From Macrostomum lignano (lineage: Eukaryota): 64,000 nt of DNA. This document shows, piece after piece, positions 12,462-24,795 of the stretch (the stretch's first letter is position 1; each line of letters opens with the position of its first letter). Location: assembly GCA_002269645.1 (NCBI GenBank), contig NIVC01000194.1, positions 124,001 to 188,000 on the forward strand, written 5' to 3'. Position numbers and translations under genes: made by a program. Under the pieces are notes generated by a model. It did no database searches. It was not told where the DNA came from and saw nothing but the letters and a program-made list of their open reading frames with translations.

Positions 12462-13130
12462 CAACCCATTCACAATCCAGTTTCAACCCGATCACAATCC
12501 AGTTCTAACCCATTCTAATCCAGCTCCAACCCATTTCCAATCCAGTTCTAACCCATTTGCAATCCAGCTCCAACCAATTCACAATCCAGCTCCAACCCAT
12601 TCACAATCCAGTTCTAACCCATTTACAATCCAGCTCCAACCCATTTCCAATCCAGTTCCAACCCACTCAATCCAGTTTCAACCCGATCACAATCCAGCTC
12701 CAACCAATTCACAATCCAGCTCCAACCCATTCACAATCCAGCTCCAACCCACTCACAATCCAGTTTCAACCCATTCACAATCCAGTTCCAACCCGATCAC
12801 AATCCAGTTCCAACTCATTCAAAATCCAGTTTCAACCCGATCACAATCCAGCTCCAACCAATTCACAATCCAGCTCCAACCCATTCACAATCCAGCTCCA
12901 ACCCATTTACAATCCAGCTCCAACCCATTCACAATCCAGCTCCAACCCATTTACAATCCAGCTCCAACCCATTTACAATCCAGCTCCAACCCATTCACAA
13001 TCCAGCTCCAACCCATTTACAATCCAGCTCCAACCCATTTACAATCCAGCTCCAACCCATTTACAATCCAGCTCCAACCCATTCACAATCCAGCTCCAAC
13101 CCATTTACAATCCAGTTCCAACCAATTCAC
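12462..13130. repeat. 22-bp minisatellite (CAACCCATTCACAATCCAGCTC)n
   Basis: Direct periodicity. Confidence 0.94.
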
Positions 13131-13649
13131 AGATGAAAATATAACTAATTCAGAATCTTGATCTATTTACAATTTTTAGATCCTGTGTGATTCAAGTGTG
13201 GAAATGCGTCAAAGGGAGTGAAACCCAGTCAATTAGTGAGCCAGTTATGTCATTTTGAATTCTCTAGAAGGTAAAAATGAAAACAATTTTCTTAATTTGG
13301 CAAAGCCATACCAGACGTAAAAAGCAAATCTGATATTTAACACTTGAAATTCAGCGGGCGAGACTTCTCTCCTTTCCACTCTCTCTCTCTTTCTCTCTCT
13401 CACAGCTGCATGTACACCGCAGCAGTGCACTCACCGAGTGCGCTGACTCTGTAACCAAGGTCGCGCAGTTGATTGTACGCGCGCCCATTTTTGAAACAAG
13501 CTGGCCATGTCTAAAAATAGACTCGGTGCGCAGCTCTTGTCAATACGAAACTTGGACGGGGCTCTGGGCGTTGCTTATTAGGGCTGTAGGTGAGGGCTCG
13601 CACTGCACTGCTCAGCTGTAGCCCCAGCACTGAATCGCGCTCTGAGGCG

Positions 13650-15374
13650 ATGGTCTCGGAGGCTGCGAGATCTCTGCGCGCTCTGGAAGAGGCCAAGCCG
13701 CCTTCAGAAGCTGGTCGGGGTGACCGAGTGAGCAACTACGACGATGCAGGGCCTCTGGAGTTTGTGAGTCAAGCGGCGGCTGCTGATGATGCAGCGGCGG
13801 AAGAAGAAACTACAGGAGAAGCAGAAGCAGAAGCAGCAATTCCAGAAGCTGCAATTCCAGAAGCAGAAATTCCAGAAGCTGCAATTCCAGAAGCAGCAAT
13901 TCCAGAAGCAGCGATTCCAGAAGCAGGAATTCCAGAAGCAGGAATTCCAGAAGCAGTAATTCCAGAAGCAGCAATTCCAGAAGCAGCAATTCCAGAAGCA
14001 GGAATTTCAGAAGCTGCAATTCCAGAAGCAGCAATTCCAGAAGCAGCAATTCCAGAAGCAGCAATTCCAGAAGCAGCAATTCCAGAAGCAGCAATTCCAG
14101 AAGCAGCAATTCCAGAAGCAGCAATTCCAGAAGCAGCAATTCCAGAGGCTACAGCAGAGGCTGAGCCGGCGGGCCTGGACCCGCTGCTAGTGGAATTCGA
14201 CAGCGGCGGTCGCAGCTGCCTGGCCCGCTTCGACAAGGCCGCCTTCGACCGTGCGTTCGGCGCCCACCTGCCCAGCCTCTTCCAGGCGGGCGGCGTCAGC
14301 GCTCACCTACGCGACAAGATGCGGGCGCTGCTCGAGGCGTCGCCAGCCGGCGCGCTGCCCTACGAGTTCTCGCTGCTGTTCAGCTCGACTGAGAGGCGCC
14401 AAGTATGCGACCTGCGCGCCGCGGCCTGCCTGGATTATTACCTCGACCGCTTCGCGTCCTCTTTCCGCGACCTGCCCAGCTCGATCAGAATCGGCGAGTG
14501 CGGCATCTGCTTCGCCGAGAGCGTCCTGGTGCGCCAGCGCCGCTGCTGCCGCCTCCTGGGCTGCTCCGCCTGCCTGGCCGACCACACGCGCTTCGCCCTG
14601 GCCAGGGGCCGGCCGTACGTGGGCTGTCCGAGCTGTCCGGTCCTGTTGTCTCGCGACGAGATTCGCCTGCTGTGCCTGCGCGGCCGGCCGGAATTGCTGC
14701 ATCGGTACAACCAGCTGCTGGCCGACGCCGAGCGCCTGCCGGACGCAAAGACTTGCCCGGACTGCGGCCACGTCTGCCGCCGCGACCCGGACAGAGGGGT
14801 CAACGACGTCGAGTGCGAGGCCTGCGGCTTTGCCTGGTGCTTCGCCTGCCACGGGCCGCGCCACCCGGGCCGCCGGTGTCCGGACTCGGCCGACTCGGAC
14901 GGCCAGCTGCTGACCGCCTGGAGCCGCGAGATGCGCCCGGACCCGGACATGGAGGCCGCCGGGGTCGCCGAGAGTCGTCGGGCGCGCCACTGTCCGGAGT
15001 GCCGGGCGCTGATCGAGCGGAACGGCGGCTGCCGCTATGTGAGCTGCACGGTGTGCCGCACCGAGTTCTGCTACCTGTGCGGCAAGCGGCTCGTGCAGGA
15101 GGGCCGCTACTTCGGCCTGCTGCCCAGGCGGCTGCTGGGCGGCCACAGCTCCCGGCTCAGCGTGTTCGGCTGCAGCGCCGAGTTCCTGCCCGACCGGCCG
15201 CGCCTTCGCCGCGCGATCCGTCGAGGCCTACTCGGCGTCGGCATCGGCGGCGCTGTCATCGTCGCCCTCGCCGCCTCGCCGCTGCTGCTGCTCGCCAGCC
15301 CCGTGTGGGCACCAGTGCTGGCTGTCAAGGAGAGGCGGCGGCGCCGGCAGCTGGGAGAGCAGAGACTGCCATGA
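13650..15374 (+). CDS. RNF217: RBR (RING1-IBR-RING2) E3 ubiquitin ligase with a C-terminal transmembrane anchor, RNF217-like, encoded as one continuous ORF
   Basis: RING1 CGICFAE...CCRLLGCSAC...CPSC; IBR CPDCGHVC...CEACGFAWCFACH; RING2 CPECRALIERNGGCRYVSCTVCRTEFCYLCG. These are followed by GGHSSRLSVFGC..LPDRPRLRRAIR and a hydrophobic helix, the post-RING2 signature I recall from RNF217. ATG at 13650. Confidence 0.85.
   Translation: MVSEAARSLRALEEAKPPSEAGRGDRVSNYDDAGPLEFVSQAAAADDAAAEEETTGEAEAEAAIPEAAIPEAEIPEAAIPEAAIPEAAIPEAGIPEAGIPEAVIPEAAIPEAAIPEAGISEAAIPEAAIPEAAIPEAAIPEAAIPEAAIPEAAIPEAAIPEAAIPEATAEAEPAGLDPLLVEFDSGGRSCLARFDKAAFDRAFGAHLPSLFQAGGVSAHLRDKMRALLEASPAGALPYEFSLLFSSTERRQVCDLRAAACLDYYLDRFASSFRDLPSSIRIGECGICFAESVLVRQRRCCRLLGCSACLADHTRFALARGRPYVGCPSCPVLLSRDEIRLLCLRGRPELLHRYNQLLADAERLPDAKTCPDCGHVCRRDPDRGVNDVECEACGFAWCFACHGPRHPGRRCPDSADSDGQLLTAWSREMRPDPDMEAAGVAESRRARHCPECRALIERNGGCRYVSCTVCRTEFCYLCGKRLVQEGRYFGLLPRRLLGGHSSRLSVFGCSAEFLPDRPRLRRAIRRGLLGVGIGGAVIVALAASPLLLLASPVWAPVLAVKERRRRRQLGEQRLP
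13833..14147 (+). repeat. 15-bp in-frame repeat encoding about 21 copies of AAIPE
   Basis: (GCAGCAATTCCAGAA)n lies within the RBR ORF. Confidence 0.93.
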
Positions 15375-15469
15375 CTCTGTCGGAGCATCGGGGATATCCG
15401 GCAGTACATTTTGTCCGATTTTTTTACTTTATTTTTCTTTGATTGGCCAAACTATTTTTTTGCGGTCTG

Positions 15470-15985
15470 TGGTAGGTCTGGCTGGGGAATAGATAAGGCT
15501 GGGGGTCTGGTTGGGGGTAGGTCTGGCTGGGGGTAAGTCTGAATGGGGTAGGTCTGGCTGGGGTAGGTCTGACTGGGGTAGGTCTGGCTAGGGGTCTGGC
15601 TGGGGGTAGGTCTGGATGGGGGTTTGGCTGGGGATAGATATGGCTGGGGGCCTGGCTGGGGGTCTGGCTGGGGATAGATATGGCTGGGGGTCTGGCTGGG
15701 GGTCTGGCTGGGGATAGATATGGCTGGGGGTCTGGCTGAGGGGTAGGTCTGGATGGGGGTAGGTCTTGCTGGGGGTAGGTCTGGATGGGGGTAGGTCTGG
15801 CTGGGGGTAGGTCTGGATGGGGTAGGTCTTGCTGGGGGTAGGTCTGGATGGGGGTAGGTCTGGCTGGGGGTAGGTCTGGATGGGGTAGGTCTTGCTGGGG
15901 GTAGGTCTGAGGTCTGGATGGGGGTAGGTCTTGCTGGGGGTAGGTCTGGATATGTCTGGCTGGGGGTAGGTCTGGATGGGGTAGG
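15470..15985. repeat. Degenerate G-rich repeat (GGGGTAGGTCTGGCT/AT)n
   Basis: Direct; G-quadruplex-prone. Confidence 0.9.
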
Positions 15986-18791
15986 CACTATACTGCAGGG
16001 TACGCGCAAGATGAAGAATCCAGAAAAGATTATCACTAATTCGATTAATTAATGTATTTTATTACCCGTAATGCTGCCGACTTAATTACCAATGCAATTA
16101 CTTTGCTTCATCTGATATCCAGCCCTGTATCAGGGGACTCAATACACGTGCACAGCTCATTTAAGCATAACTTGGCTCTCGTCTGTCGCTTAGAGGCAGT
16201 GAATGCGTTGATTTATGAAAATGCTGAAAACTTTCATAGAACTTTTCCCCGCGAAATTGTCCTCCCTCTTAAATCCCAATCCAGGGCGGGAGACTGGGGT
16301 GTCAGACTGGCAATTCTGACTTCCGCCTCGTCATCAGCTGACACTCCAACCCAGCTCACCTGTGCCCATTGAGCTCGCGATGGAGCCCCGCAAAGTGCTG
16401 CAGGACTGCAGGATGGGAATTAGATAGTGCCAGACTCCCTGGACATCGATTCCTGATGCAGCCCCGTCCAGCCTCTTCACAAAATCGGCTCAAGTCCGGG
16501 ACGCGGCCATCCCATTGTTCTCCGATTAGCTTTTATCGGGCGATCAGACTGAAACTTCTGGATTACCATGGCTGCAGATGAAGAGCTCGCGGAACCGGAA
16601 GTCGCCCGGGGGTCCAGGCCATGTGTGATTTTACGGGAAGAGAGTTGGTTGCGGTGAGCACCGGTAGGACTCGGGAGCCTGCGCTGAGCTGCCCCGATGG
16701 TCCCAGGCAGACGGACTGGTTGAAGCAGTTCTAAAAATAAAACCTGCAATTCAGCTTCCAGCCCCGAAGCTGCCATGGAATCTTGGCTTTGACTGCGGCA
16801 TTGCGAGGCAAAACAAGCTTGGGAGCAGTGGGCAAAGCCAAGGAAGATAATGAGGGGGAGGCAGCTCAAACACTGGCCCGTGATCTCGAATAAAACTCTT
16901 TTGTTTGCCCTACAAGCATCGCTGGCCTGCTCTCGTTGACAGAGTTGCCAGTCTGCTGTAATTCCCTCCGCATTCTGGGGCCCAGAAGCCTGTTGGGCCC
17001 TGCCAACCTTCCCCGGCTCCCCATGCCTGCAGTGCCAGCCGCCTGTTCGCCCTGCTCCGTGGAGTCTCCATGGAGACGCGACGCCTCGAGCCCGGGGCGA
17101 GGAGGGCCGATTGAAACGCGTCAAAGGTTGAGCAACTGCTGAATTATTTACTTCTCCCATTGTGAATATTTTGCGCTGTATAATCCTCGCTGTGGGAGTG
17201 GGGGGGGGGCGACGGCCCCGCGGCAGCTTCAACCTCTTTGACACGGCCAGGCCAGAGCCGGCGGGAATTCCAGAAACGAAGAAGCAGCAGTGAAAGCAGC
17301 AGCTTCCCCCAGAGCGTCAGCGCCTGTCAGTCAAAGGGCTGGGGCGGATTTGCTCGGGGCGGGCGCGCCTCACCTGCACTGGCCGGTGCCGGGCCGGCGC
17401 AGCCAATGCGAGCCGGGCAGCCCGGCCTCCATAAAGTCGGGCACCCGCGGCTCCGACGCGGCCTTCCTTGCGCACCCCGTTGAGCAATTCGCCTCAAGCC
17501 CCGGACTCCTGAACCGCTTGGAAACTCCTGCCTCATTGTCGGTGACTCGTCATCGTCCTGCAGCAACAACAGAGCTACCCGGGTGAGTCTGGGAGCTGCT
17601 TGGCCTCAGCGGCGCGGGGGGGGGGGGGCGCAGGCCCAATTAGTCAGGACTACTTCCTTGCAACCGCATGGAGCGCCAGGAAGAACTATGCAGCCCATTG
17701 TGCTGCATAGTTGGAAAATTCGTCACGCATTTGGTCCATTGTTTCTGTTAGAGCATTGGCCTTCATCAATTTGATGAGGCAGCGTAGGCAGCTGCGGTCT
17801 CCGGTTCCTGTTGCCGGAACGGGTCGGGGTCCACATTGGGGGGGGGGGTCCCTGACCTCCCAGACAACATTTTTTGCGATTCTTCTTCAGACTGCTCTCG
17901 TCTGACGCATGGTCCCCGAGGAATTATTTGCTTCCACCGGATAATCCTCACCAGGCTGCAGGCGCTCTCACCTGTATTTTTCATGATCACAGATTTTCCC
18001 CGATCTCTTTTGCCTCTGGGAGAGGCCCCGTCGACTTCATACGGAATAAGTCAGCACCTGCTTTTGGAGTGAGCTGACCGGTGATGTAGCTTACACGCCC
18101 TTGAGCAGCCAGCTTCCTTCATCTCAGATGACGAGCCGTGGGGGGGGCAGCTGCCAGCCGGGCTGATGAGGCCGATGAGAAGCGGCGATAACCAGCCGGG
18201 CCGGGCGCTCATCACTTTTTCTCTTTATCGATCCGGCAGCCTCGGACAAGGAAGAATTGGAGACAGGATTAGATATTCCCTGTTATCCCTTCATCCCCGT
18301 GCCTTTCATATTCATGCTTTTTCCTCTAGCTCTGAAAAGTTGAGAAGTTCTCCTTTGATGCCTCGTAATTTTCAAGAGTCGAGGCTGAGCTGTTCTCTAC
18401 CCCCCCCCCCAGCCATGGAAAGGGTCGTGTATGCATCTTTGAGTTTCCAAGTGCCTTCGCATCGGCATTGTCTTCCCCACCATTGTCTGCTGCTTCTGCC
18501 GCTTGTCAGTCACAGCTTCACCTCGGAGACAGTGGCGCCCGTTCGCGCGGGAATCTCCGAGGAAATTTTCTTAGGCCTTGCTTCAGAGTGACTGACGCCT
18601 CTTTAAGTATTCCCACCTGTGAAGGGATTCATTCCCCAGCCAGCTGGTGGCCGAGAAGGAACCCAAGGCCTCAGGATGGGGGGCTAAAACTGCCTGAAAC
18701 TGAGAGCTGCAATCAGGCAATGCCTGTATGGTACAGTGCACGGTCCAAGCATGTTCCAATTTTGCAGAACACTCAAGCCCAGACCGACAAC

Positions 18792-19173
18792 ATGAACGGA
18801 ATCCTGTCGGCCCTGCTGTTCGCCACCGTCTGCCTTGTCTGCCTTGACTCGGCAACCGCCCGAGCCCGCAGTGAGTTCGCCCCGCGATTCGATTCCCTAA
18901 CCCCTAACCCGTAACCCTAACCCTAACCTTACTGCTGTTCCAGTGGCGAATCCCGCGGCGGCCGAGCTGGGCGCGGAGGGCCACTCCGGCCACCAGATCT
19001 TTCGGCTGAAGAAGGGCTACCACTTCTTCCGCCTGAAGAAGCCGTCGCCCTCGGAGCAGGAGGTCTGCGCCATTGACGCCGCCACAGCGCAGGCCCTCGG
19101 AGCCGTTGCGGTGAGACTGCTGCCGGCATGCGTCATGGGGCCCAGAAAGAAAATCAAATCCAGTCAATCATAG
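18792..19173 (+). CDS. Neuropeptide prohormone: signal peptide plus GHQIFRL-KK and GYHFFRL-KK; 3' end uncertain
   Basis: Exon 18792-18870 (MNGILSALLFATVCLVCLDSATARAR) joins exon 18944 onward in phase 1 across a 73-nt GT-AG intron. The product reads ...AEGHSGHQIFRLKKGYHFFRLKKPSPSEQEVCAIDAAT. It either reads through to TAG at 19173 or splices at GCG|GTGAGA (19111) to a candidate exon at 19258 (RGVEPVTKRELMDVA). Confidence 0.75.
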
Positions 19174-21416
19174 CCTAATTGGCAGTTATGAAGCAGGCTG
19201 TCACGCAGATGGGGATTAAGGAAATTCGCGCGTGAATTCGGATTAGTTTGGAATTAGAGGGGCGTGGAACCGGTGACTAAAAGGGAATTGATGGACGTTG
19301 CGTGAGTGCTACTCGAACGCCTCCACCGGGAACAACGAATTTGCAGAGAGCCGCTCACGAGGGTCGACTGTGCGATGAGGATCGCGAGATGCTGCGCGGC
19401 TTCTTGGGCGCCCTGTTTCCATAGAGACCGCGGCCCTCTGGACTTTGGACTTTGCACCTAAATGAACAAGACAAATGCGCACTGCCAGTGTGAAATCCGA
19501 GTAACCAGTTTACTGATTTATTATCAAAGCAAATCGTGCCGCATTGAACATCTTTGTGACGCTGGGTTGGAGAAATAAACTGAAATGATTATACTGGCCC
19601 CTTGGTATCGCATGAGTTGGCATGCATCCCTTTAAAAAGCCACGTGTTTTATGAGCTACTTTACTTGGCTTGATTCCAAGCAAACTCAAATTTCTTCTTT
19701 GTTCCCAGGTGTTTTGCTTCATGCAATTCAATATGCTTATCATGTGCTTGTCATGTGTGCTTGTCAACCGTTGGTAATATTAAACATTTCTGCTTGGAGG
19801 GGCCGTGTGCAAGAAGGCGGCTTGAGATTTTCTAGATGAGCAGGATTTCTAGAGCCACTGCACGATAAAATGTTTGCACCTGCAAGTTCTGCAATTGGAA
19901 ATTCAGCTACAATTCTTCGTACATCAGCAGCGGCTAGAGCGCACGGCCCCATCCCCCTATCAGCCACGCGCATTTCAATTCCCATTAATTTCCAGAGTCG
20001 CTTATCGGCAGAGCTGCAGACTTTTGTATAAGTAGGGAGCCAGTTCGATTAATGCTGATTTATGGCTATCGGATCCATGAAGGCTAAAACTACAGCTAGC
20101 ATCGTAAAGGGCATCGATCCCCAACCCAACGTTAGCTTTAATTTGATTGATAAATGCTAATTTATAAAAATGACACGGAAATAGCAGAGGTTTTAAAAAA
20201 CAGAAACTGGAAGCCAGATTCTAACAATTAATTGATGGATAGGTTTCTCTCATACGTTTTATTAATTCGATCATCTTGGTTGCAATTCGGGCCTTTATGT
20301 AGTCACGTAAGAACAGGCAACCGCAACCGTTTTTGTGATATACAATACCTACGCGAGATACAGTAACACCATTCACACGTACTGCACAGCAGGCAGTAGC
20401 CCTCGTTTATTCTAAAATATGTCATCTGTGAATTATCAACCCAAACTGGAAATAATTAGTTCCTTCAATCATAATACCTAGCGCTAAACTGCTTACCAGT
20501 AAAATGACAGAACTTAATTCTGAGTGAAGATCAGATAAAGGACAAATTTCTACTTAGAATTTTACTACGACAACCGGTAAATCTTCCAGCGATGCAGCAT
20601 TAACTTAGATTTCTCAATTTGACTTACTATTCACCCTGGACTTTTCCTGCAGCTTAAATCTGTTCTCAGCAGACGGATTATCCGTTTAATCTAACCATAA
20701 TTGGATTCTAGGAAAAGTTGCGCCAACTTAAACTTAGCCACAACACTCCGATCTTGAAAGGCCCGCTGCCTTCTCGCAAATAGCTAATAATTGTTATTTT
20801 ATACTTATTAGTTAAAGCTGTTTGTGAATAGGATTTCGTGGATGTTTGATTATTATTCTTCATAAAAAAAGTCAAAACTCTACATTTTGGGTCAAAGCTA
20901 TTTTTTACCACTGGAATGGAATCATGCCCTTAGCGTGGCTTGGGTGGCCAAAGGCCTTTTTGGCTTTGGCGAGACGATGAATAATAATTTTTTTTGTTAA
21001 ATAATATATGAATAGGAAAACTTGCTGAAAAGTTATGAATTAAAAAATTTGCAAAATAGTCTATGACTAGCAATCCAGCCCATTTGGGGAGTGCAAAAGG
21101 GAAAATGAAAATATTGCTAATATATTAAAGAATAGACCAGTGCTTCCAGTAAGCCCTGGCATCTTAACGATTCCCCCAGCTGTAAACCTTGACAATAACA
21201 TCTTAGCAATGCTCCCAGTAAGCCTTGACAATCAATCAGTCAATCAGTTCTGGATTCAAACAATTCAAGTTGAAGACAAAGAAAGATATCCATAAATTTT
21301 ACAATTTAAAAAGCTAGGTATAGCTATTTATAACTCATAGCATCAGCTCAAGAATTGAAGTTTAGTCTATGGCCATAGACATATTGAGCTCTCACTGCAA
21401 GAAAAATACACTAATT

Positions 21417-21619
21417 CAGTAGTGCAACCAGGGGGGGGGGCAAAGCTAAAAAATAGCTTTAAGGGGTCTCTGCCCCCTTAGGCAGAGACCCAAAAAAAAA
21501 TTGAAGGGGGGACCAAGCGAATTTTCACCAAAAACAGAGCCACCTCTCTGCCCCCCTCCTGGGACTTTACCTTCCAGAATCTGCCCCCCCCCCTCAAAAA
21601 ATTTCTGGTTGCGCTACTG
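21417..21619. mobile_element. hAT-type MITE, 203 bp
   Basis: TIRs CAGTAGTGCAACCAG and CTGGTTGCGCTACTG match at 14/15. An exact 8-bp TSD CACTAATT sits at 21409-21416 and 21620-21627. Confidence 0.88.
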
Positions 21620-22134
21620 CACTAATTAGATAGGGAGAATACAGTTTTTCGAATATTTGATCCCTTTAGCATTGAGCAATTTCTTAGCCACGACCCATGT
21701 ACCATCATGGATAAATTTCTGATCGAATGATGCATGCAAGTTTTGTGGAAATTGGTTGAGCCATTTTTTCTATTATCTATCACATAGACAGACAAAGACA
21801 GCTTAGATTTAGTATATTAGATAGAAGACTAGCAATCTTCGCCCCCCGATGGGGGACATCTGGATAGAATCTCTGTTCTCTACACGGATCAAAAACACAT
21901 CCAAATAAAGCCTTCACAAAGACAATATACAAACTGCTCAAATGAAGAGCAATGCGAAAAGAAAACATCCCAAGACAGCATGCAAGCATCCCCCCCAGAT
22001 AGCAAGCACCCCCAGATAGCAAGCACCCCCCCCCATAGCAAGCATCCAATTGATAGCAAGTATCTATCCTTAAATAGCAAGCATCCACCAGACAATAAGT
22101 ATCTAGTGCAACAATTTTCTTAGCTTTATGGTGG

Positions 22135-24200
22135 CTTCTTTATGATTGGCATGACGCTTCTTTTTACGTTTGTAATTGTCTCTTTTATGTTTGGCATGGT
22201 GGCTCTTTTATGTTTGACATGGTGGCTCTTTAATGTTTGACATGGTGGCTCTTTTATGTTTTACATGGTGGGTCTTTAATGTTCGACATGATGGCTCTTT
22301 AATGTTTGACATGGAGTCACAAATATGTTTGACCTGGTGGCACTTTACTGTCTGCAATGATGGCTCTTTAATGTTTGACATAGAGTCACGTATACGCTTG
22401 ACATGGTGACTCGTTAATGTTTGACATGGTGGCTCTTTAATGTTTTACATGGTGGCTCTTTTATGTTCGACATGGTGGCTCTTTAACGTTCGATATGGTG
22501 GCTCTTTAATGTTCGACATGGAGTCACATATATGTTAGACATGGTGGCTCTTTAATGTTCGACATGGAGTCACATATATTTTAGACATGGTGGCTCTTTA
22601 ATGTTGGACATGGTGACTTTTTAATGTTCGACATGGTGACACTTTAATGTCTGAAATGATGGCTCTTTAATGTTTGACATGGAGTCACGTATACGCTTGA
22701 CATGGTGACTCGTTAATGTTTGACATGGTGGCTCTTTAACGTTCGACATGGTGGCTCTTTAATGTTAGACATGGTGGCTCTTTAATGTTTTACATGGTGG
22801 CTCTTTTATGTTCGACATGGTGGCTCTTTAACGTTCGACATGGTGGCTCTTTAATGTTTGACATGGAGTCACATATATGTTGGACATGGTGGCTCTTTAA
22901 TGTTGGACATGGTGGCTCTTTAATGTTAGACATGGTGGCTCTTTAAATTTTTTTCATGGTGGCTCTTAAATGTTTGACATGGTGGCTCTTTATTATTTGA
23001 CATGGTGGCTCTTTAATGTTTGACATGGTGGTTCTTTAATGTTCGACATGGTGGCTCTTTAATGTTCGACATGGTGGCTCTTTAATCTTCAACAAAGTGG
23101 CTCATTTACGTTTGACATGGTGGCTCTTTAATGTTTGACATGGTGGCTCTTTAATGTTTGACATTGTAGCTCTTAAATGTTCGACATGGTGGTTCTTTTA
23201 CGTTTGACATGGTGGCTCTTTAATGTTTGACATTGTAGCTCTTAAATGTTCGACATGGTGGTTCTTTTACGTTTGACATGGTGGCTCTTTAATTTTCGAC
23301 ATGTTGGCTCTTTTATGTTTGACATGGTAGCTCTTTAATTTTCGACAAAGTGGCTCTTTAATGTTTGACATGGTGGCTCGTTAATGTTTGACATGGTGGC
23401 TCTTTAATGTTTGATATGGTGGCTCTTTTATGTTTTACATGGTGGGTCTTTAATGTTCGACATGATGGCTCTTTAATGTTTGACATGGTGGCTCTTTAAT
23501 GTTTGACCTGGTGGCACTTTACTGTCTGCAATGATGGCTCTTTAATGTTTGACATGGAGTCACGTATACGCTTGACATGATGACTCGTTAATGTTTGACA
23601 TGGTGGCTCTTTAATTTTTTACATGGTGGCTCTTTTATGTTCAATATGGTGGCTCTTTAACGTTCGACATGGTGGCTCTTTAATGTCTGAAATAATGGCT
23701 CTTTAATGTTTGACATGGAGTCACGTATACGCTTGACATGGTGGCTCTTTAATGTTAGACATGGTGGCTCTTTAATGTTTTACATGGTGGCTCTTTTATG
23801 TTCGACATGGTGGCTCTTAAATGTTTGACATGGTGGCTCTTTATTATTTGACATGGTGGCTCTTTAATGTTTGACATGGTGGTTCTTTAATGTTCGACAT
23901 GGTGGCTCTTTAATGTTCGACATGGTGGTTCTTTTACGTTTGACATGGTGGCTCCTTAATGTTCGACATGTCGGTTCTTTTACGTTTGACATGGTGGCTC
24001 TTTAATGTTCGACATGGTGGCTCTTTTATGTTTGACATGGTAGGTCTTTTATATTCGACATGGTGGCTCTTTAATGTTTGACATTGAGTCACAAATATGT
24101 TTGACATGGTGGCTTTTTAATGCTTGACATGAAGTCACTTATATGTTGGACATGGTGGCTCTTTAATGTTCGACATGGTGCCACTGATATGTTTGACATT
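22135..24200 (+). repeat. 23-bp minisatellite (GACATGGTGGCTCTTTAATGTTT)n, left arm of a large inverted repeat
   Basis: Direct periodicity; the reverse complement is at 26820-27890. Confidence 0.95.
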
Positions 24201-24229
24201 GTGCTTCTTTTATGTTTAGCAGTTTCATG

Positions 24230-24795
24230 TTTTCAAGGTGTTTTAATAAAAAAATTATTTTGCACTACTAAGATTCGAACCTAGGTCGCTACATTAGCAT
24301 TCCAGTCTGTTCGCATCTGGGCTATCTCTTTTCAATTGGAGTACATCAATTGTGGCCCTTATAATTCAATTCTTACAGCAAGTCAATTAGAGTAAAAAGT
24401 TATGACATAATCAATTTCTCAGTCAGCCAGTATCAGTTTCAATTCAAGTTAGCAATATTGGTTACGCAATTTAAATCAAGTCGTGTGTGCATTTCTTCGG
24501 CACTGTTTTCTACTTGTTGTGATGCAATCTTTATCAGAATTGAAATTCAGTCAGTCAGGTTTTTTTCTAGCATTCTTACAATGCATTTCAAGTCGAAAAT
24601 TTTGCTTGACCTTTGCAAAAAAGCATGTTTTTTCGAATATTTAATCCCTTTAATATATAGCAATTTCTTAGCCAAGATGCATGTACCGTCCCAGGAAAAT
24701 TTCTGATCGAATGGTGCAAGTTTGAAGAAAATCAGTTAAGCCAATTTTTCTGAAATCTATCGCATACCCACAGACAACTCATTTTTAGTATATAG
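24230..24795 (+). mobile_element. Dispersed non-coding repeat, left copy; inverted diverged copy at 26215-26790 and a partial direct copy at about 21640-21810
   Basis: CAGACAACTCATTTTTAGTATATAGG at 24771-24796 is the reverse complement of CCTATATACTAAAAATGAGTTGTCTG at 26215-26240, and similarity continues along the whole block. ORFs 24458+ and 26374- are near-identical translations. Confidence 0.85.

Noticed and set aside
14251-15442. Long ORFs overlapping the RBR gene on both strands
   Set aside because: GC-rich shadow ORFs with no motifs; the same applies to shadows over SHIP, NOVA, LMBRD2 and the mariner.
16477-17586. 255-aa minus ORF and neighbouring ORFs
   Set aside because: No codon bias, domain or splice support; the GC/CCAAT-rich stretch looks more like an upstream regulatory region.
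19709-19840. Cys-rich frame (CFASCNSICLSCACHVC...) after a good acceptor at 19708, as a possible last exon of the prohormone
   Set aside because: The codon usage is AT-rich, the Cys density derives from a short TGTGCTTGTCA duplication, and the phase link is unverified.
24261-24330. tRNA genes at 24261-24330, 26690-26760, 1177-1225 and 35412-35470
   Set aside because: They have A/B-box-like motifs but no intact acceptor stem or cloverleaf, so I treat them as repeat-borne remnants.
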